Positions 56,399 through 64,000 of a stretch of DNA of 64,000 nucleotides are shown piece by piece. Below the pieces are notes generated by a model. It saw only the letters and a list, made by a program, of their open reading frames with translations, had not been told where the DNA came from and searched no databases. Made by a program: the position numbers and the translations under genes. The stretch's first letter is position 1. Every line of letters begins with the position of its first letter. The stretch comes from the human T2T-CHM13v2.0 reference genome, Homo sapiens. The stretch lies in assembly GCF_009914755.1 (NCBI RefSeq), contig NC_060926.1. One strand, given 5' to 3'.

Positions 56399-57146
56399 CT
56401 AAAGACATTATTTTCTTTGCTTTACACCTCATGTCACTTCTCTGAGTAGGAGGGATTCTGCTTTCATTTCTTTTAATGGTAACAGTGGAATCATTAACTC
56501 CCTACTAAAAGAGGCTTATTCAATATATTTTTGTTTGATTTGGGCTCCCTTTGATGGTGGTTAGTTTGATATTTGAGACTTTTTCCTAAGGAGACTATAA
56601 AAAGCAATCTAGACTTCTTCTCTTTGATTTGGGTTAGAACTAAGCGTGAGATTTCCAAGTGGAAAGTGAGCATCAACCTAATAAGCTTTTATTCTACATC
56701 GTTCAAAATGTTCTCTGTAAAACTGATCTAAAAATCTGCTTGTATTCTGGAATTTTCTTATTGCATTATCTTAATTTTTTTTTTTTTTTTTTTTTTTTGA
56801 GATGGAGTCTTGCTCTGTCGCCCAGGCTGGAGTGCAATGGCGCAATCTTGGCTCACTGCAACCTCTGCCCTCTGGGTTCAAGCGATTCTCCTGCCTCAGC
56901 CTCCTGAATAGTTGAGATTACAGGTGCCCTACCCCACCCAGCTAATTTTTGTATTTGTAGTAGAGATGGGATTTTGCCATATTGACCAGGCTGGTCTTGA
57001 ACTCCTGACCTCAGGTGATCCCCCCTCCTCCACCTCCCAAAGTGTTAGGATTACAGGCCTGAGCCACCGTGCCTGGCTGCACTATCTTAATTTTTACACC
57101 AGTCCTTTTACCTGTTCACTCCTTCCACAGCTATTTAAAGAGCACC

Positions 57147-58345
57147 CCTCATTTATGAATATAGGAACTGAGGCCTGAGAGTGGGTAAATAGCAGAGAAG
57201 CGATGCTAACAGGCACTCTTTCTGCTATACCAGTGCAGTCCAGGCAGGTTATGTATTCTCTGATTCCATTTCCCTTTTCTCTTGGGCACCCAACTAAACT
57301 CCATTTTCCAGGCCCCTTACAGTTTGGTTGAGTCCATGTGACTGAGTTCTGGCCAGGCACCACAGTGGCAGCAGGTCACACTTCGATGACCCAATCTAGC
57401 AGTTCTCAACCCATCAGACCAGCCCTCCTTCACCAGAACGACTCTTTGTAATGATACTTTTACTGTCCTGAAATGAATTTCACAGATAATAGGCTCTACC
57501 TACACATGTAATTTCAAAACAAGTCAACAAAAATCCTGAACTATATAAAAGAGGAGATTGCTTTATAATAAATGGACCAGTCAACACTCAGGCACAGCTG
57601 CAGAAGACAATATAGTGAGGTCCCCAAATACTTATACCAACCTGTACTGAACAAACGTCAACCGAAGAGAAGTCAGAGCATGAGCTGATCTGTAGCCAAG
57701 ACCAGGAAAATGGAAGAGCAAAGGCACAAGTGAATGGTGGACTAAAAACCGCTACATTCAGAGAAGGCAAAACCTGAGAGGGAAAGGTACTTTATGTTGA
57801 CAGGCAAAACTGAGTTTTGTTCCAGGTTCAGATAATTAATTACAAACCGGTTATTCACCTGAATGAATATCCAGTGGCACACATGAACATCAAAGGAAAG
57901 GTCCTTCTGTGCACCTGGCTTCCCTGACCCCACCCACTAAACGCCCACAGCCCACCTCAATCGATATGACCATCTCCATGCCCTCAATGTTTTCCCAAGC
58001 CAGTCCCACAAGAAAGTGATAGCTTCATCTGAGACCTGCTGAGTTACCTCCTCCAAGTTCAATGGGCAAGCAGATCCCGGATTTTATTTAGCCCTGAAGA
58101 TAACCCAGTGAGATGGCATGGTTGGTATTATTTTCCTCATTTATCCACGTAGAAACAGAGGCCTGAGAGTGCGTAAGTAGCAGAGAAGTGATGCTAACCA
58201 GTGCTCTTTCTGCTATACCAGTGCGGTCCATGCTGGTTATGTATTCACTGATTCCATTTCCCCTTTCCTCTTGGGCACTCAAGTAGACTCCATTTTCCAG
58301 CCCCCTTATGGTATGATTGAGTCCATGTGACTGAGCTCTGGCCAG
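57147..58345 (+). repeat. ~210-bp direct duplication (57147-57356 and 58135-58345)
   Basis: Shared gaggcctgagagtg...ctctttctgctataccagtgc...gagtccatgtgactgag.tctggccag. Confidence 0.85.
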
Positions 58346-58640
58346 TGGAAAGTAGACAGAGTGATGTTGATGCTTCCAGGCCTGGTACCCAGCCCCAGCA
58401 CCCCCTACACTGCCCTGGTGAAGGCAGTCATCCTCTTTTCCCTTTGCACAGTGATCCCTGGAGCCATGAGTTGAAGATGGGGGAAAGACCCTGGTCCCCT
58501 GCAGGACTGAGTGGAGCAAATACTCCTTACTCCCTGGCACAACTGCACTTGAATGTCACAGAACAATGCAGGGGATTTGTATTGAGTTAAACCACTAATA
58601 TTTAGAGGTTAATTTATCACAGACGCAAGAGTTTCCATAA
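58225..58640. mobile_element. MLT1 (MaLR) LTR, J/K-like
   Basis: ccatgtgactgagctctggccag...ttccaggcctgg...ttgaagatgg...gttaaaccact. Confidence 0.6.
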
Positions 58641-58809
58641 CTAATGCATCCAGGGGTTCCCTGTCTATGATTTTAGACAATACCTGACAAAGCAGTGAGT
58701 AACTTTTAATCATTTACTGAGAAAGTTGTTCCTTTTGCAATGCTGTGGCGCCCATGAGAGAGTGGATAGAAAGAGGTAGCTTGTGTTTTCTAAACAACAA
58801 ATACTTTGA

Positions 58810-59635
58810 ATACACATACAAAGAAGAAATACAAATGGCCAACAAGCACATGAATTGATGCTTAACATCATTTCTCATTCAGGAAGTACAAATCCAAACC
58901 ACAATGAGATATCACTTCACACCCACTAGGATGGAACAAAACAAAAACAGAAAATAACAAGTGTTGGCGATGATGTGGGGAAATTGGAACCCTTTCATTG
59001 TTGGCAGAAATGTAAATGGTCACAGCTGCTATGGAAAACAGTTGGATAGTCCCTCAAAAAGTTAAACATAGAATTATTGTATGACCCAGCAATTGCACTG
59101 CCTGAGTACATACCTGAAAGAATTGAAAACAGGCACCCAAACATATATTTGTACAAGAATGTTCACAGTAGCATTACTCACAAAAGTCAAAAAGTAGATA
59201 TAGTAGCCCACTCAAATGTCCATCATTAGATGAACAGATAAAGAAAATGTGGTATATACAGGTACATACACAAAATATTACTCAACAATAAGAAGAAATG
59301 GTGCTACAATGGGGATGAACCTGAAAAACATTGCGCTGAGTCAAAGAAGCCATTCGCTAAAGACCACACATTGTATGGGTCCATTGCATGAAATATCTAG
59401 AACAGGTAAATCCAAGAACAGAATGAAGATTAGTTGTTGCCAGGATTTGGAGAAAGGTGACAATAGGGAGTGACTGCTTAATGGGTGCAGGGATTTCTTT
59501 TGGGGAAATAAAAATATTTCAGAACTAGACAGATGTGGTGGTTGTACAACATTGTGAATGTACTAAACACCACTGGACTGTATGCTTTTGAATGGTTAAT
59601 TTTGTGTTATGTGAAATTCACATCCGTTTTTTTAA
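58810..59635 (+). mobile_element. L1M (L1MB-like) 3' fragment
   Basis: atacaaatggccaacaagcacatg...aaaccacaatgagatatcac...atgacccagcaatt...aatggttaattttgtg. Confidence 0.85.
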
Positions 59636-60559
59636 AAAGCTCACACTAGTGTGTGGTCTCCCCAGGTCTGTGTCTATCCAGACCTCAACAGTCGCTCCTG
59701 GGAGCGAAGGCAGTATCCAGCGAGACTCTGGCCTCTGGCTGGGCTGAGTGACTTCTTTTCCCCCAGTGCCTTTGAACTCTCTGCACCCAACTCAGCCATG
59801 AGCAATGCTGTCACCAGCAATGGGCAGAGGGGCTGGGGCAAGAGTGGGATGGAAAGAATACTGGATGTGGAGACCAAATGTGACAGTGTCCTTGCCCGGC
59901 TGCCTGCTTTAGATCTCAGGGGACATGCCATTTCCTCTCCGATAAACTCTAAGCTCTTAGGGTAACCCATGGACCTGCCTGGCTGGGTCTTTGCTGACAT
60001 TTACAAGGAGCCTCTCCCGCAGCCCTCCAAGGGGTCCCTCTCCCCTGCAGGCTGCATGCCCAGTTCTCCCTGGACCTCCCCAACCCCCTCTCTACTAACC
60101 CCCGTTTGAACAGGAAGACACAGCCTGAGCCAGGTCTCCCCTCACAAATCTCCCCACCAGGGCTGGATCGCGCAACAAATAGAGCCGGCCCCAGGGCACT
60201 CGCCGGCAGGGCGCAGCCGGTGATCGTCACAGTCCTTCGAAATTCTTAAGATCTAGGTCTTGCTGCACCCGCACAACCTACAAACAGCGTCGGGGCCTTC
60301 TCTGCACCTCCAGTTCCCAGCTCACCTCCCTCAGTGTCACAGCCGGTTACCTTTCCTTCCTCCCTGGCAAGGGAGGGCAAGACTTGGGGCTTGCTGACTC
60401 CAGGCCCAGCCCAGCCCGGGGCACCCAGGAGCCCCTCAATTGCTACTCAAACAGACAAGAAGCGGCCCGAGTTAGTGGCCAGCTCCACCATGCACTACAC
60501 ATCCTGACCTCTCTGAGCCTCTACTGTCACTCGGGGTCACAACCCTTTCCTGAGCACCT

Positions 60560-61120
60560 CCCGGGGCAGGGGGCGATGACACACATGCAGCTGCCTGGGG
60601 GAGGCCGGCGGTGTCCCCTCCTTTCTGGAAAGCGGAGGGTCCTGGTGGGCTCTGGAAACGCAGCCCAGACCTTTGCAATGCTAGGAGGATGAGGGCGGAG
60701 ACCTCGCGGTCCCCAACACCAGACTCCCGCAGCCACCGCGCCCGGTCCCGCCCTCCCCACTGCCCCCCCAGCTCCCCGACCCAGGCGCCCCGCCCGGCCA
60801 GCTCCTCACCCACCCCAGCCGCGACTGTCTCCGCCGAGCCCCCGGGGCCAGGTGTCCCGGGCGCGCCCCGATGCGGCCGCGGCTGTGGCTCCTCCTGGCC
60901 GCGCAGCTGACAGGTAAGGCGGCGGCGCGCGGGCTGCCCAAGGTCTGCGCTCCCGGGGCCTGAGCGGGGAGGTGATACGTGGCTGTCCTGGCCCTGGTCC
61001 TGGCAGGGTGCAGCGTCGAGCCCGCGGTGGCGGGGCGCCCGGGAGGCAGCTTGGCAGGCAGGGTCCCTAAGGGTGGAAATAAAATACCCCCATATCGCAT
61101 TACCCCGGGGGACCGGAGAG
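60560..61120. promoter_or_regulatory. CpG island / promoter of CD8B2 with GC boxes
   Basis: Dense CpG, CCGCCC boxes and C-runs around exon 1. Confidence 0.8.
60871..60913 (+). CDS. CD8B2: CD8 beta chain paralog exon 1 (signal peptide MRPRLWLLLAAQLT)
   Basis: ATGCGGCCGCGGCTGTGG...CTGACAG/GTAAGG; CD8B leader peptide; exon 2 not seen in the window; paralog assigned by adjacency to RGPD3. Confidence 0.85.
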
Positions 61121-62311
61121 CCCCTGACTGAGGCCACCTCCCCTCAAAAGCCTGGACGCAGGAGAAGGGGAGGCAGTGAAAAGGGGAGCGAGTGAGGGAA
61201 GGAAAGAGAGGGTCACTGGAGGTCACCAGGGGAAGGAAACAGGTCCCTGCCCAGGGTCCCCGCAGGATGTGCTCGGAGGAAGGTTGGCCAGGCCGTGGGT
61301 CCTGTGGACACATTTTTATTACTTCCGGGGAAGTGTTTGTAGTACAATCAGACAAACATGGGGCGTTCTCAGTTCTCGGAGGGCTAGGGCAGGGTGATCC
61401 CTCTGGCTCCCGTTCTCCCTGATGTGGCTGGTGTTGGGTGTCATGGGTAGCGTGGCTCCCTAGGAAGCAGCCTGGAGGTTGGGTTGCTGGAGTTGGATGG
61501 GGCATCTGGATTGTCCTTCTGAGTAAGCCCAGCCAGACTGCCTTTTGGAAGAAGCCTCCACACACCCGGAAAACTGCCCAAACTTGTCGATTTGCTCTCG
61601 TGCCCAAAAAGCCCAAAGCTGGTCATCTTGCCAGGGGGTGACAAGGCCTGCCCGCCGGGGGTTCTGGCCCAGTGAGTGCAACATCATAAATAGAAAGAGC
61701 CCAGGCCGTTCAGAGCACTAAAGTCATTACTGATGGATCTAGAAACATCAGGTCCCTCTGAGAATGGAATTCCTGGGTTACCGAGGGGAACATGCAGTGA
61801 GGCCTGGCTCCATGTCCAGCACACAGCAGGGCCTTGGCCACAGCCCGGAGTATTCAGTTCCTAGGGGACAAAAAGCAAGTGGGTCCCGGGAAGAGCCGGG
61901 GTGTGTCTCAGCCAGGAGAGGAAATGCACACTCACAGCCCAGGCCTTGCTCTTACAGGAGTCGCTTCTGGGTTTTCCCTGAAGGGCTTCGGGCACCTGTG
62001 TACTTGCAGCCCCACTGTGTGCTCGTGAGCACATAACCACCATCGGGGAGAGGATTGCAGGTTTCTTCAATTCAGTGGTTCAAAGTCAGGTTCTGGGGTC
62101 CCACAAGCTGGGTTTTAATCTGGATCACTGTGTGACCTTGAGCAAATCTTTAACCTTCCTGAGTCTCTCTTTCCTCATGGGTAAAGTAGTTGCAAAACAG
62201 TATCTCCCCCACAGGATTTGGTGAGGATCAAATGAGACAATGTATGCGCCATGCCAGGCACAGCTCAATAAACTGGCATTATTGATTCTTATTAACTCCC
62301 CCAAGAAGTGA

Positions 62312-62777
<466 letters not shown>

Positions 62778-64000
62778 TAAGAGTGGTCCAGGAGCGAAGT
62801 CAAAAAGTCGAAGTTCATTTCATCAGTGTTGGAGAAGGCCATTATGGGGCCACGGAGCCTGAGCTGCAAGTGCAGGCAGGATTTTAAACATGAGGTGCTC
62901 AGTAAGCTGGCTCCTCTTGGGCACACACACATGCCCTCTGCCCCCCTCTGCCTACCCAGGTCTGTGTCCTCTCTGTGCCTCCCAACTCCTGCGTCTCTGC
63001 CCTGGCCTGCAATGTCTCCCTTTGCTCCACAGCCAAAATGAAGGGCTCACCAGGTCAGATTGTGTTTGTTGGAAGCTGTGCAGCCTTGGTGTGTATGGAA
63101 CCTGTTCTGATCCTTCTCCTTGAGATTTAATTTACTTCCAGTAACAACCCTGTGATATGAGACACAGGGACAGTATTTACCTGTGTACATGGCCATACAG
63201 TTTGCAGTGTGCTTTTTTGGACAGCATTTCATTTATTTCCAACCCTCAGAGGCAGGCAGGACAACAGCCCCAAGCTGTCCTCCTTTCATAAGAAGACAGA
63301 GGCTCAGTGACTGGCCTGAGGTCTCACAGCTGGCACGGCCAGAGGCTGGGTTCTGGGCCGGGTCTGTGAGTCCTGCTCTAGCTCCTCATGAATAAGCCCC
63401 TGCTTGCCGGGTGCTTCTCGTCAGAGTCTAAGATGAACTCCCAGCCCTGCTTCTGTGGTGTCTGTCCTTCCACTGGGGAATACGGATCCAGTGACCCATC
63501 AGTTGCTGGGCTCGGGGGTCATGGGCTGTAATTGTACCTACCAGGGTCTGTCCAGCAACGGACAGACCAGCCACATGCTCTGCTGTGATTCTGGGCTCCT
63601 CTCCCAGCCTGTCCTGGGTCTCCTTCGGCAGTTTGGAGCCTACCGAAGGGCTGTACATCCAGTGGCAGCCAGGGGAGGTGAAAGGCAACCAGTTTTGGCT
63701 TCAGACTTCAAATCCTTGAGTTTGACTACTAGGCCACTTACATACTGTAAGTGGGACTTTGAACAAGTAACTTCATGCCTCAGTTTCCTCATCTGTGTAA
63801 CGAGGATTAAAAATCCTGGATCTATCCTTTTGTGGTGGTACATGCCTATAGTCTCAGCTACTTGGGAGGCTGAGGTGGGAAGATAGATTGAGCCCAGGAG
63901 GTCAAGGCTGAAGTGTACTATGATAGTGCCTGTGAGTAGCCACTCCACTCCAACCTGGGCAACATAACAAGACCCCATGTCTTTTAAAAAATTCCAAAGC

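Noticed and set aside
60871-60913. Assignment to canonical CD8B (2p11.2)
   Set aside because: The ~19 kb head-to-head spacing to an MSCSK-type RGPD fits the 2q12 duplicate better; this rests on recall and is not alignment-confirmed.
60384-61687. Long ORFs (221 aa, 311 aa) across the CD8B2 promoter
   Set aside because: Stop-poor GC-rich DNA with no recognisable protein similarity or exon structure.

Overview
Human (great-ape type) genomic DNA, Alu-dense, from a chromosome 2 segmental-duplication mosaic. The minus strand carries coding exons 1-18 of a RANBP2-like RGPD gene: 2605 coding nt, ATG at 41714, all introns GT-AG, and the gene continues off the left edge. The MSCSKAYGERY N-terminus and the head-to-head CD8B-type gene about 19 kb away point to RGPD3 / CD8B2 at 2q12.2. 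RGPD intron 1 holds a ~2.55 kb CpG-rich 90-bp VNTR with a 549-bp higher-order duplication and long repeat-encoded ORFs. Upstream on the same strand lie three orphan ANAPC1-derived exons, all phase 0 and stop-free, so they could splice in frame into RGPD exon 2. Exon 1 and the CpG promoter of CD8B2 are on the plus strand at ~60.9 kb. The best leads are the possible ANAPC1-RGPD3 chimera, a Met at the position of the RANBP2 T585M disease allele, the VNTR, and a nested Alu cluster containing a captured non-Alu fragment. Gene and repeat names come from recalled sequences, not database searches.
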